Source of the DNA: Myxococcota bacterium
GTDB lineage: Bacteria > Myxococcota > Myxococcia > Myxococcales > Myxococcaceae
DNA: 46,790 nucleotides
Direction of reading: 5' to 3'
NCBI GenBank assembly: GCA_049322255.1
Contig: JBMORE010000190.1
Span: 1-46,790 of the forward strand
The notes beneath the pieces were generated by a model. The model ran no database searches. It worked only from the letters and a program-made list of their open reading frames with translations, and was not told where the DNA came from. Of the stretch, positions 9,494 through 18,415 are shown one piece after another (the first letter of the stretch is position 1; the number at the start of each line of letters is the position of its first letter). The position numbers were made by a program, and so were the translations under genes.

Positions 9494-10357
9494 ATGCGCG
9501 CTCTCGCATTCCTCCTTCTCCTCGCAGCCTCTCCTGCGGAAGACGCGCTGCACCGCGACACCGACGAATGGCATGCCACACGGGTGAAACGGCTCACTGC
9601 CGAAGACGGCTGGCTGACTTTGGTCAACCTGCATTGGCTGGAGGAAGGCCGGCACCGCGCAGGCTCGGCCGCCGACGCCGCGGTGACGCTGCCAGAGTCG
9701 ATGCCGGCACACGTGGGCACCTTCGTGCGCGAAGGTTTCGAGGTCCGCTTCCTGCCGGCGCAAGGTGTAGCGCTCACCCGGGAGGGCGTGCCCTTCGCTG
9801 GCGGAGCGCTGCGCTCCGATGAAAACGGTGCTCCCGATGTGCTCCAGCTGGGCACGGTGCGTTTCCACCTCATTCGCCGCGGCGACAAGCTGGGTGTGCG
9901 GGTGAAGGACTCGCAGGCGCTCGCGCGCAAGGCGTTCGAGGGCATTCCCCGTTACCCGGTGCGCGCCACCTACCGAGTGCAGGCGAAGCTTTTGCCGGCC
10001 GAGCGGCCGACGAAGCTGCGCGTGCCTACGGTGCTGGGCACCGTCGAAGAGCTGCCCTCGCCCGGGGTGCTCGTCTTTACCCTCGAGGGAAAAGAGCAGC
10101 GGCTCAGCCCAGTGTGGGAGGAGGACAACCTGTTCATCATCTTCGCCGACCCCACCAATCGCAGCGAAACCTACGGCGCCGGCCGCTTTCTCTACGCCGA
10201 GGCACCCAAGGAGGGCATGGTGACCCTCGACTTCAACCGCGCCTACAACCCGCCGTGCGCCTTTTCCAAGTACGCCACCTGCCCTTTGCCCCCGCCAGGA
10301 AACCGGCTCTCCGTTCGCATCGAGGCGGGGGAGAAGCGCTACCCGAAAAGACCCTGA
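9494..10357 (+). CDS. DUF1684-family exported protein
   Basis: Signal peptide, 'DGWLTLVNLHWL', 'FIIFADPTN..ETYGAGRFL', 'LDFNRAYNPPCAFSKYATCPLPP..NRL..IEAGEK'. Confidence 0.85.
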   Translation: MRALAFLLLLAASPAEDALHRDTDEWHATRVKRLTAEDGWLTLVNLHWLEEGRHRAGSAADAAVTLPESMPAHVGTFVREGFEVRFLPAQGVALTREGVPFAGGALRSDENGAPDVLQLGTVRFHLIRRGDKLGVRVKDSQALARKAFEGIPRYPVRATYRVQAKLLPAERPTKLRVPTVLGTVEELPSPGVLVFTLEGKEQRLSPVWEEDNLFIIFADPTNRSETYGAGRFLYAEAPKEGMVTLDFNRAYNPPCAFSKYATCPLPPPGNRLSVRIEAGEKRYPKRP

Positions 10358-10980
10358 GCGCGCAGCTGTCGGCGAAGCAACGCGGGAAGTCGGGCCTGCC
10401 AAAGCGCGTTCGCCGGCGAGGGGTGCGGCAGCGGGTGCACGAGGAGCCTGCGAAATTTTCGCCGCCCGTGCCACTGGCCACGCAGGGTGCAGGACACCGG
10501 GTGCTCGAAGCAGCGCGGAGGGTTCCATAACGAGGCAGCTTCGCCGCCGTCGACGTACCGGGAGAACCAACGGGTTGCCTCCCGGCCAAGTGCGAAGACG
10601 TGGCGGCCTTTCCAGTAGACGAGGAGCAGTTGCTCGAGCAGCGGACGAAAACCCTCCACTGCCCGGGCGCTGAAGGCCCGGTTCCCAGCGGGCTTGTAGG
10701 GCACGAGGTTGGTGAGAAAGGCGTGTCGGAGCGGCTCGCCTGCCACCTCGAGGACTGTCTGTCGCACCAAGCGCCCGGCCGGTCCAACCAGCGGCTGGCC
10801 GTCCTCGACTTCGCGCCTCCCTAAGTCGCGCCCGAGAAAGCAGATGGGCGCGCGGGGGGTGCCCGCGCAGGCGATGGGCGCCCGGGGGCTCCTTCCCGCC
10901 CTGGCGTAGGCGGCTTCGTCGACGGGCAGCTTCAAGAGGCGAGCCTGCTTCGCCATACCCGCCAGAATTTCATCGAGCAT
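10339..10980 (-). CDS. Uracil-DNA glycosylase-like protein
   Basis: 'FLGRDLG..E...GQPLVGPAG', 'FLTNLVPYKP.GN', 'ALG', 'LPHPSP' follow UDG-superfamily motif order. The ORF-track extension to 11139 only reads through the repeat, so ATG 10980 was chosen. Confidence 0.75.
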   Translation of the reverse strand: MLDEILAGMAKQARLLKLPVDEAAYARAGRSPRAPIACAGTPRAPICFLGRDLGRREVEDGQPLVGPAGRLVRQTVLEVAGEPLRHAFLTNLVPYKPAGNRAFSARAVEGFRPLLEQLLLVYWKGRHVFALGREATRWFSRYVDGGEAASLWNPPRCFEHPVSCTLRGQWHGRRKFRRLLVHPLPHPSPANALWQARLPALLRRQLRAQGLFG

Positions 10981-11070
10981 TCCCGCTCCCTCTGGGAGAG
11001 GGTGAGGGTGAGGGGTGCTGTTGGCGAGCGAAAGCCCCTCACCCCTACCCTCTCCCACGGGGAGAGGGAG
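10981..11070. repeat. Inverted pair of REP-like palindromic units (CCCCTCACCC-N2-CCCTCTCCC...GGGAGAGGG type)
   Basis: The reverse complement of 10981-11015 (cccctcaccctcaccctctcccagagggagcggga) matches 11035-11070 (cccctcacccctaccctctcccacggggagagggag). Each unit also has an internal hairpin. Confidence 0.75.
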
Positions 11071-11071
11071 G

Positions 11072-11956
11072 CTAGCGAAGCGCTTGGACGACGGCAGTAA
11101 CGACCGCTTCGAGGTGAGCGGAGTAGCGCTGGCTCTCACCGGCCATCCCCGGCACTCGCACCAACTTCGCTCCCGAGTTGTGTGCGAGCAGCTCGCTGGT
11201 CGATGCCGGGTACCACTCCTCTTGGAGAATGAGCGGCACCTTGCGCGCGCGAATGACTTGCAGCACCTGCGCGACGTGGCCGGTGGAGGGTGGCAGGCCG
11301 GGCTTGGGCTCGACGAAGGCCACCTCCTCCAGGCCGGCGAAGTCGACGAAGTAGATCCAACTCTTGTGGTAGGCGACCACCGGGGTTCCCTTGAACGGCG
11401 CGAGCGCCTTCTCCCATTGGGCGATGCGCCCTTCGAGGTGCTCGGAGAAAGCCTTGGCCTGGGAGAGGTACGCCGCGCGGTGCTCGGGGTCGAGCGCGCT
11501 CAGACGTTCGGCGATGCCTTTGGCCACAAGAAGGGCGTTGCGCGGGTCCTTGGTGTAGTGCGGGTTGCCGCCCGGGTGCACATCGCCCATCGAGCGGTCG
11601 AGCTTCGCCAGCGGCACCTCCTTGGGCGCGACGAGCGTGGAGGCGTCGAGGTAGCCGGAGGTACCGGGCTGAATCTTCCCATTGCGTGAGCCGGTGAGCA
11701 GCACCGGCAGCCAGCCGATTTCCAGGTCCATCCCCGCCAAGAGCAAGAGGTCGGCGCGCGAAAGCATCACCACCAGGCTGGGCTTGGCGTCGACGAAGTG
11801 TGGGTCTTGGGTGGCTTTGGCGAGGATGGAGACGTTCACGTGCTCTCCGCCGACTTCGCGGGCGATGACGCCTAAGTCGGAGACGGTGGCGACGACATTG
11901 ACCTTGGCCTCGCCGACGGAGGCGAAGCACAACCCCAATAGGACCAGAAACCTCAT
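11072..11956 (-). CDS. Zn/Mn-type metal ABC transporter substrate-binding protein (ZnuA family)
   Basis: Signal peptide, 'QDPHFV', 'GDVHPGGNPHY', 'YHKSWIYF', 'EPKPGLPPS..H'. Confidence 0.9.
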   Translation of the reverse strand: MRFLVLLGLCFASVGEAKVNVVATVSDLGVIAREVGGEHVNVSILAKATQDPHFVDAKPSLVVMLSRADLLLLAGMDLEIGWLPVLLTGSRNGKIQPGTSGYLDASTLVAPKEVPLAKLDRSMGDVHPGGNPHYTKDPRNALLVAKGIAERLSALDPEHRAAYLSQAKAFSEHLEGRIAQWEKALAPFKGTPVVAYHKSWIYFVDFAGLEEVAFVEPKPGLPPSTGHVAQVLQVIRARKVPLILQEEWYPASTSELLAHNSGAKLVRVPGMAGESQRYSAHLEAVVTAVVQALR

Positions 11957-11977
11957 GACGACTCCTGCTCGCTCTTC

Positions 11978-13102
11978 TTAGAAGGCGTGAGCTCCATGCG
12001 CGCCCACCGAGAATTCGAATGCCAAAAAGACGGCGTACACCGGAGCTTCTTCAAATGTCGGCACGTCGGCCGAGCCCTGGAGGCGAAGCCGGGAGAACTC
12101 GGTGGGCCAGAAGGTGACGTTGGCGCTCACCCGGTGACGGAAGGAAGTCCACTCCGGATCGAGCGGGTCGATGCCTCCTTCGGCCGGCGAACCCAGCTCG
12201 TAGCGGGCGGCCGATCCCCAGCGCTGAGCGAAACGCCAAAAGAGCTGGCCGTAGCCGCTCCAGTCCGTGAGCAAGGCGTCGGGGATTCGCCGCCGCCGGT
12301 AGAAAACCTCTCCCTGGAAGGACACCTGGGTGGTGCTGCCCTCGGTGAGCGGCCGGTATTTGAGGTAGACATCCGCGCCATAGATGGTGGTGCGTTTGTT
12401 TTCTCCGGTGGGGTTGGGGCCGTTGGCCGCGGAGAGCCCCCAGAACAAGGAGAGGTCGTCGCGAAGCTCGTGGAACTGCTTCACCGCTCCGGTGAGCTGG
12501 AAATCAAGCGGGCTCTTGACCTCCACATCCTCCGCTCCCAGGAAGCTGCGCGCCGTTTCCTCGCCCGCGGCATCCGTTGCCGAGCCCACCAGCTCCAAAA
12601 ACCATGGCAGCGGCATCAACCACGAGGCCTCCACACCCAAGCCGTGGTTGCCATCGGCTCCAAACACCCTTCCCAGCGCGAAGGGCTGATCGGCGAAGGC
12701 CCAGGTGTGGGGGTGGGTGTGGTTGAGCCGCCCGAAGCGGGTGAGGAATTGCCCCGCGCGCATCTGCACCCCCGCAGGGAGCGCCAGGGTGGTCGCGTAG
12801 ACCTCTTCCACCTCTACTTTCACCTCTCCATCCTCTTCAGCGAAGACGATGTTGGAGTCGAAACGGAAGTAGGGGTCGACCGCCGCTCCCACCGCCAGCT
12901 CCAGCTGTTGCAAGTTGAACCCGCTCTTGCGTGGGTCGTGGGCCCCGGTCTGGAAGTTCTCCTCGCTGGAAAACACCGCGGCGGCGATGTCGGTGACGAG
13001 CGAGATGTCGGGGTTGAGCGACTGAAGGCCGAAGCCAGCACGCGCGGGAGCCGGCGCTTGCGTCAGAACAACAGCGAAAACGACAGGAAGTCCAAGCATC
13101 AT
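11978..13102 (-). CDS. Outer-membrane beta-barrel linked to metal uptake (family often labelled zinc-regulated OM receptor)
   Basis: 'NPDISL', 'FNLQQLEL...VDPYF', 'GQFLTRFGRLNHTHPHTW.FADQP', 'PTEFSRLRLQ', C-terminal 'GAHGAHAF'. Directly upstream of the ZnuA-like gene. Confidence 0.75.
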   Translation of the reverse strand: MMLGLPVVFAVVLTQAPAPARAGFGLQSLNPDISLVTDIAAAVFSSEENFQTGAHDPRKSGFNLQQLELAVGAAVDPYFRFDSNIVFAEEDGEVKVEVEEVYATTLALPAGVQMRAGQFLTRFGRLNHTHPHTWAFADQPFALGRVFGADGNHGLGVEASWLMPLPWFLELVGSATDAAGEETARSFLGAEDVEVKSPLDFQLTGAVKQFHELRDDLSLFWGLSAANGPNPTGENKRTTIYGADVYLKYRPLTEGSTTQVSFQGEVFYRRRRIPDALLTDWSGYGQLFWRFAQRWGSAARYELGSPAEGGIDPLDPEWTSFRHRVSANVTFWPTEFSRLRLQGSADVPTFEEAPVYAVFLAFEFSVGAHGAHAF

Positions 13103-13175
13103 TCAGACGTACCCAATAGGCTGGAGCAGAGCTTGCAGCGGGGGGAAGCGAACAACGAACCTGAAGGCCTCGAAG

Positions 13176-13439
13176 CTAGGCCGTAGGAGGTCCGTGTTTG
13201 GGTGCGCGCATCAGGCAGCGCTCGACACGCGGCGCTTCGATGAAAACGACCGCGCTCCCGAGCTCGACCGTGACTGGCGCCGCCAACTCCACCCGCTCCA
13301 GCACCTCGGAGGGGCTGTGACACACCTGGCAGCTCGCGCACACCGAAGTTTCGCCATCGGCGAAGGAGTGCGTGTGCGTGCCACTGAAGACCACCGCTCC
13401 GATCCAGACGAGGATGATGGCAAGCGCAGTCAGACGCAC
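13176..13439 (-). CDS. Small DUF2946-like His/Cys protein; candidate regulatory uORF / arrest peptide
   Basis: Hydrophobic N-terminus, HTH(S) then CASCQVCH, C-terminal 'RAPKHGPP'. First gene of the metal-uptake operon. Confidence 0.65.
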   Translation of the reverse strand: MRLTALAIILVWIGAVVFSGTHTHSFADGETSVCASCQVCHSPSEVLERVELAAPVTVELGSAVVFIEAPRVERCLMRAPKHGPPTA

Positions 13440-13534
13440 GCAGGGGTAACTACGGCGAGCCCACCGCCAAGGTCAAGTGAAACGCATGACGACCGACTGG
13501 ACTGGGAGCGTGAGTCTCATATGGTTGGACCTCG

Positions 13535-16081
13535 ATGGCAGACAACCGGCGCGCCCAGCGAAAAGCAGTGGGTCTGCTCGTCAAGCTCAAGCACCCCAAC
13601 CGCACCACCTTTGCCGAGGAGTTCGCCACCAACCTGAGCGAAGGAGGCATGTTCATTCGCAGCCGGCAGCCACAGCCGGTGGGCACCCTGGTGAAATTCG
13701 AAGTGCAGATCGCCGGGGGCGAGAGGGTGATGCAGGGGCTGGCCGTGGTGCGCTGGGTGCGGAACGTGAACGACCCGCTCGGCCCGCCGGGCATGGGGCT
13801 GCAGTTCGAGAAGCTCGACGAATTCACCCAGGCGCTGGTCGAGCAGATGCTCAAACCGAAGGCGAAGAAGAGCGCTCCACCACCTGCTCCTCCGATTGCT
13901 CCGGCGATCGCCCCGGTGGTTCCACCGGTGGCTCCCATGGCCAAGGTCGCGGCGGCTTCGCCTGCTCCTAAAAAGGCAACAAGCGCTTCCGCCCAGCCCG
14001 CCGTCGAGCTCGAGGTGCCCATCGTCAGCCAAGACGCGCCCGGCATCGATTTGACGCTCGACCTCGCCGAGGTGCCGCCCACCCCGCTGGGAGCGGTCGA
14101 CATCGAGCTCGACACGCTGCTGGGCTCCGCTCCCACGCCTTCCGCCGCCGCACCTACCTCCGCCACCAGCCTCGACGACATCTTCGCCCGCCTCGAGCAA
14201 GAGTCGGCATCCACTCCGGCGCTCGAGCTGGCCCTCGACACCCAGGACCTCGGAGCGCCACTCTCTTCTGCGGCACCTCCTCCGAAGGCGAAGGCCGAGG
14301 CGCTGCCTCCGGTTCGGCGCGGGCCCGCCGCCAAAGAAGAACCGAAGAAGAAACCGGTCTTGCTCGAGAGCGCCAAGCCGGCACCCGCGCCGGTACAGAA
14401 GGCGGGGCCGGTATTTCTCACCCCACCTGCGAAGCTCTCCGCCGACGGGCTCATCATCGGCATCGACTTGGGCACCACCAACTCCTGCGTGGCGCTCTTG
14501 CAAAGCGGCCGCCCCGCCATCTTGCGCTCGAAGGACGGTTACAACACCCTGCCCTCGGTGGTTTCGCTGACCTCGGCCAACAAGCTCTTGGTGGCGCACC
14601 GGGCGAAGAGCCAGATGATTCTCAACCCCGCCAGCACCATCTACGGGGCCAAGCGACTGGTGGGCCGGCCTTTCGACAGCGCCGTCGTGCAGCAGGTGCG
14701 CGAGCGCTTCCACTACGAAGTGCTGCCCGGTCACGATGGCCGGGCGGCGGTGCAGCTGGGCCCGCACGTGCTCTCGCTCGAGGAGGTGCAGGGCATCATC
14801 TTGCGCGAGTGCAAAGAGATGGCCGAGCAGCAGCTGGGTAAGCCAGTCACCCGGGCGGTCATCACCGTGCCGGCGTACTACTCCGAGCCGCAGCGCGAGG
14901 CGGTGCGCAAGGCGGGAGCGATGGCCGGCCTCAAGGTGGAGCGCATCTTGAACGAGCCCACCGCGGCGGCGCTGGCCTTCGGCCTCAACCGCCAGTTGAA
15001 CAAGAAGGTGCTCGTCTACGACCTCGGCGGCGGAACTTTCGACGCCACCCTGCTCAAGATCGAGAACAACGTCTTCGAGGTGCTCGCCACCGGTGGCGAC
15101 ATCTTCTTGGGCGGCATCGACTTCGACAACAAGCTGGTCGACCTTCTGCTCACGCAGTTCCAGGAGACGGAGAAGCTGGCCTTCGAGGGCGATTCCATCG
15201 CGCTCTCCCGGGTGAGCGAGGCAGCGGAGAAGGCCAAGTGCGCGCTGTCGGAGCGGGCGAGCTACGACGTTCACATTCCGATGGTGATGATGGACGGAAG
15301 CGGCAAGCCGCACGACCTGCGCTGCACCATGACCCGGGAAATGGTGCATGCGGCGTGCGGCCCCCTGGTGCTGCGCACTCTCGACGTGGTGCGTGACGTG
15401 CTGCTCGACGCCAACGTCAAACCCAAGGAGGTGGACGAGATCATTCTCGTCGGGGGGCAAAGCCGCATGCCCATGGTGCGCGACCGGCTCAAGGAGTTCT
15501 TCGGCAAGGCCGCGCACGCCAGCGTGAACGCCGACGAGGCGGTGGCGTTGGGCGCCGCCCTCTACTGCGGCACGGTGGACAAGGTGAGCAGCGTGGTGCT
15601 CATCGACGTTTTGCCGATGACCGTGGGTGTGGGCATGACCGGCGGCGCGTTCAAGCGGGTCATCGAGCGCAACACCCCTCTGCCGGCGCAACGTTCTTTC
15701 GCGCTGGCCACCTCGAAGGACAACGAGACGACCATCGAGCTCTCGGTCTTCCAGGGCGAAGACGCCAACGTAGCCGGCAACGAGTACTTGGGCACGGTGC
15801 GCATCGAGGATCTGCCCAAGGCTCCCAAGGGAATGGTCAAGGTGGGCGTCACCTTGCGGCTCGATGCCGAGTGCGTGCTCTACGTGGAGGCGATCGAGCT
15901 CTCATCGCGCAAGGCCATCAAGGCCACGCTCGCCACCCGGTACACCGCCGAGGAGATTCGCCAGAAGCTGGGCATCTCCGAGGAGGTGGCGAAGAAGGCC
16001 GAGGCGGGGCGAGCCGAAGAGCTCAAGGCGCGCGCCGGCGGGTTCTGGGGCTTTTTGAAGCGAATCGTCCAACGCCACTAA
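13535..16081 (+). CDS. PilZ-like (TIGR02266) domain fused through a Pro/Ala-rich linker to Hsp70/DnaK
   Basis: N-terminal RRAQR, NLSEGGMFI and GMGLQF. Hsp70 signatures GIDLGTTNS, TVPAYY, NEPTAAAL, YDLGGGTFD, GGIDFD, LVGGQSRMP, linker LIDVLP, substrate-binding beta domain. Confidence 0.9.
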   Translation: MADNRRAQRKAVGLLVKLKHPNRTTFAEEFATNLSEGGMFIRSRQPQPVGTLVKFEVQIAGGERVMQGLAVVRWVRNVNDPLGPPGMGLQFEKLDEFTQALVEQMLKPKAKKSAPPPAPPIAPAIAPVVPPVAPMAKVAAASPAPKKATSASAQPAVELEVPIVSQDAPGIDLTLDLAEVPPTPLGAVDIELDTLLGSAPTPSAAAPTSATSLDDIFARLEQESASTPALELALDTQDLGAPLSSAAPPPKAKAEALPPVRRGPAAKEEPKKKPVLLESAKPAPAPVQKAGPVFLTPPAKLSADGLIIGIDLGTTNSCVALLQSGRPAILRSKDGYNTLPSVVSLTSANKLLVAHRAKSQMILNPASTIYGAKRLVGRPFDSAVVQQVRERFHYEVLPGHDGRAAVQLGPHVLSLEEVQGIILRECKEMAEQQLGKPVTRAVITVPAYYSEPQREAVRKAGAMAGLKVERILNEPTAAALAFGLNRQLNKKVLVYDLGGGTFDATLLKIENNVFEVLATGGDIFLGGIDFDNKLVDLLLTQFQETEKLAFEGDSIALSRVSEAAEKAKCALSERASYDVHIPMVMMDGSGKPHDLRCTMTREMVHAACGPLVLRTLDVVRDVLLDANVKPKEVDEIILVGGQSRMPMVRDRLKEFFGKAAHASVNADEAVALGAALYCGTVDKVSSVVLIDVLPMTVGVGMTGGAFKRVIERNTPLPAQRSFALATSKDNETTIELSVFQGEDANVAGNEYLGTVRIEDLPKAPKGMVKVGVTLRLDAECVLYVEAIELSSRKAIKATLATRYTAEEIRQKLGISEEVAKKAEAGRAEELKARAGGFWGFLKRIVQRH

Positions 16082-16683
16082 GAAGCTCCGCCGACGACGC
16101 CCGACTTCTCGAGCTCCTTGGCCACCACCCTGGCCACGTCGTCGATGACCTTCTGCTCCGAGGAGGGGTTGAAGGTTTCGGTCGAGCCAGACCACACCGC
16201 TGCTTCGTCCTTCGCCGAGAAGAACTTGATATCCACCTTCACGATGGTGTCGACGCGAATGTACCCAGGTTCGTACACCGGCGGAGCGACGGTGCCGTAG
16301 TAGCTCCACAGGTAGGGACTGCCCGCGTAGGAGCCGGGAACGTACTCCTCCTTTTCTTCGATGCTCGCGAGCCGAAAGACAGCCACCCCGTCGATGCCCC
16401 GTTGGTCCACCACTTGGCGCACCTTGTCCACGTCTTTGAGGTCCTCGCGCGCAATCACCCGATAGCTGGGAATGGCTTGGGTCCCTTCGGGGAGGTTCTG
16501 GATGAACTCCGTCTCGGCGATTTTTTGGGTCGTCGAGTTGGGGCTCAGCACCACCACCAGCACGCGCTGGAACGGTCCCTCCGTCTGGATGTTGGGGTCA
16601 GTCCACTTCGAGGTGAGCTTGGTCGCCGCGCAGCCTGAGACGCCCGCACAGACGATCATCACCAGCAGGAAGGAGCGTCTCAT
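16078..16683 (-). CDS. Hypothetical lipoprotein (DUF4136-like)
   Basis: Lipobox VSGC, 'LTSKW.DP', Tyr/Pro-rich middle, 'VWSGSTETFNP'. Confidence 0.7.
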   Translation of the reverse strand: MRRSFLLVMIVCAGVSGCAATKLTSKWTDPNIQTEGPFQRVLVVVLSPNSTTQKIAETEFIQNLPEGTQAIPSYRVIAREDLKDVDKVRQVVDQRGIDGVAVFRLASIEEKEEYVPGSYAGSPYLWSYYGTVAPPVYEPGYIRVDTIVKVDIKFFSAKDEAAVWSGSTETFNPSSEQKVIDDVARVVAKELEKSGVVGGAS

Positions 16684-16690
16684 CGTCGCC

Positions 16691-17446
16691 TCAAAAGATG
16701 TAGCCGAGGTTCAAAGTCCCCGAGTAACGGCCAGCGGTGATGGAGTTGATTCCGGCCACGTCGACCGGTTCGACGTTGGGCGCGAACTCGTGGTCGAAGA
16801 GGACGGAGTACTGTCCCCGGAGATCAGCCACGAACCCACCAGCGTAGCCTCGAATCCCCACCCCCAACGGAACGTTGCCCCCGGTATCGTTCTGGAAGCC
16901 GAAGTTCTCGGTGTCCCCTCTCGCGTTGTAGTGGCTAAAGCCGATGCCCCCCAGCACGTACGGCTGCACCGGTCCGTTGACAAAGGCAATCGTCGCCGCC
17001 GCTGACCCACCGTTGCGAACGAGGTCCGCTCCGCTGGTGGCCCCCAACTCTTGCTCCAGCCCTACATCCACCTCGTTGACCGCGCCACTGTACGCCACCT
17101 CGATTCCCACGATGGGAGTGGGCTTGAACAGAACTTGGGCGCCGTAGCCGAACCCCGGTTGAATCTGCGGCGCCAGGTCGCCGGTGTACCCCTCCACGCC
17201 ACCACCTGCTTGAACGGACATACCCCGGTACCACTGCGGGGCTTCCTTCTTCGCTACCACTGCTTCCTCGACCCCAGCCCCTCCAGTCCCCATCTCCTCG
17301 GGTGGGATGGGCTCCGGGCACGGAGCCAACGGGTCGGCACAAGGGTCTGCTCCTTCTGGCGCCGACTCGGACCGTTCTTCGGCCAGCGCCCACCCACTCA
17401 CCGCCAGTACAAAAGTGAAAAGACCTGCACGAATTGGAACGCCCAT
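16691..17446 (-). CDS. Small outer-membrane beta-barrel (OmpA/OmpW-like membrane domain)
   Basis: ATG 17446 with AAGGAG RBS, signal peptide ending ALA, about 8 amphipathic strands ('VQPYVLGGIG'), terminal beta-signal 'LNLGYIF'. Confidence 0.75.
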   Translation of the reverse strand: MGVPIRAGLFTFVLAVSGWALAEERSESAPEGADPCADPLAPCPEPIPPEEMGTGGAGVEEAVVAKKEAPQWYRGMSVQAGGGVEGYTGDLAPQIQPGFGYGAQVLFKPTPIVGIEVAYSGAVNEVDVGLEQELGATSGADLVRNGGSAAATIAFVNGPVQPYVLGGIGFSHYNARGDTENFGFQNDTGGNVPLGVGIRGYAGGFVADLRGQYSVLFDHEFAPNVEPVDVAGINSITAGRYSGTLNLGYIF

Positions 17447-17606
17447 TGGTTGCTCCTTTCGTTTCCTGGAGGAAGTTGACGCGAGAGCGATCTGGCGGCA
17501 ACCCGGAGCGGGCATCTCCCTGGGGTGCAAGGGAGCCGGCGAGCCCTTTGAGCCAAGAGACAGCCCCATGTCCAACGTTCGACGGGTGCACAACCTGGAG
17601 GACAAG

Positions 17607-18197
17607 ATGACAAGACGAATCGGATGGACAGTGATGGCCATTGGCGCGCTCATCGGCGGGGCAGCCACTGCCGCAGAAGGGGAGCAGGCCACGCCGACGA
17701 AGTCGCAAGAAGAGTACATCCAAGCGTTGGAGGAGAAGGCGCGCTGTGAGCACCAACGGGCCGAGGCGGCCCTTCAGCAGCTCGAGCAAGCTGCTGGCGC
17801 AAAGGAGCTGACCGTTCACTCCAACGTCTTCTTCACCAGCGATGACGAGGAGCTGAACCCGGAAGCCAAAGCTCATCTGGAGGAGCTGGCCCAACTGGCC
17901 GTCGAAAATCCGGAGGCCCAAGTGCGCATCGAGGCTTACACCGACGCTCAGGGCAGCGAGGACTACAACCTGACCCTCTCCGACGAGCGCGCCCAATCGG
18001 TGAAAGATTTCTTCACCGCCGCGGGAGTGGATGCCTCGCGCATCATCGCTGAGGGCAAAGGCGAGACCGAACCCATCGCCAGCAACGACACTCCGGAAGG
18101 ACGGGCGCAGAACCGGCGGACGGCGATCACCATTGAGTCGGCGGTCGGGGGTGCAGGTGAGGCGCAGGGGGAAACGGAGACCCAAACCGGGCCCTAG
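17607..18197 (+). CDS. OmpA-family peptidoglycan-binding domain protein
   Basis: ATG 17607 with GGAGGA RBS, signal peptide, 'YTDAQGSEDYNLTLSDERAQSV', 'GKGETEPIASN..EGRAQNRR'. Confidence 0.85.
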   Translation: MTRRIGWTVMAIGALIGGAATAAEGEQATPTKSQEEYIQALEEKARCEHQRAEAALQQLEQAAGAKELTVHSNVFFTSDDEELNPEAKAHLEELAQLAVENPEAQVRIEAYTDAQGSEDYNLTLSDERAQSVKDFFTAAGVDASRIIAEGKGETEPIASNDTPEGRAQNRRTAITIESAVGGAGEAQGETETQTGP

Positions 18198-18260
18198 AGG
18201 CACCGAGGCCTGTACATCAACTTCGGCCACGCCTTCTGAGCGAGTCCAGCGGTTACTCTG

Positions 18261-18334
18261 TCGGGGAGACAGGATTTGAACCTGCGACCCCTTGGTCCCG
18301 AACCAAGTGCTCTACCAGGCTGAGCCACTCCCCG
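18261..18334 (-). tRNA. tRNA-Pro, anticodon CGG (CCA not encoded)
   Basis: Reverse complement is CGGGGAGTGGCTCAGCCTGGTAGAGCACTTGGTTCGGGACCAAGGGGTCGCAGGTTCAAATCCTGTCTCCCCGA. Full cloverleaf with anticodon arm CTTGG-TTCGGGA-CCAAG and T loop TTCAAAT. Confidence 0.95.
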
Positions 18335-18415
18335 ATGCGAGGGGATCTATCGGACGCCCTGATCGGAGTCAACGCTGGCTCCCTCGTATGGCTCTTTCGA
18401 AGAACCTAAGAACCT

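Noticed and set aside
18198..18415. Genomic island or prophage integrated at tRNA-Pro
   Set aside because: No integrase, and no duplicated tRNA 3' end was seen in the window.
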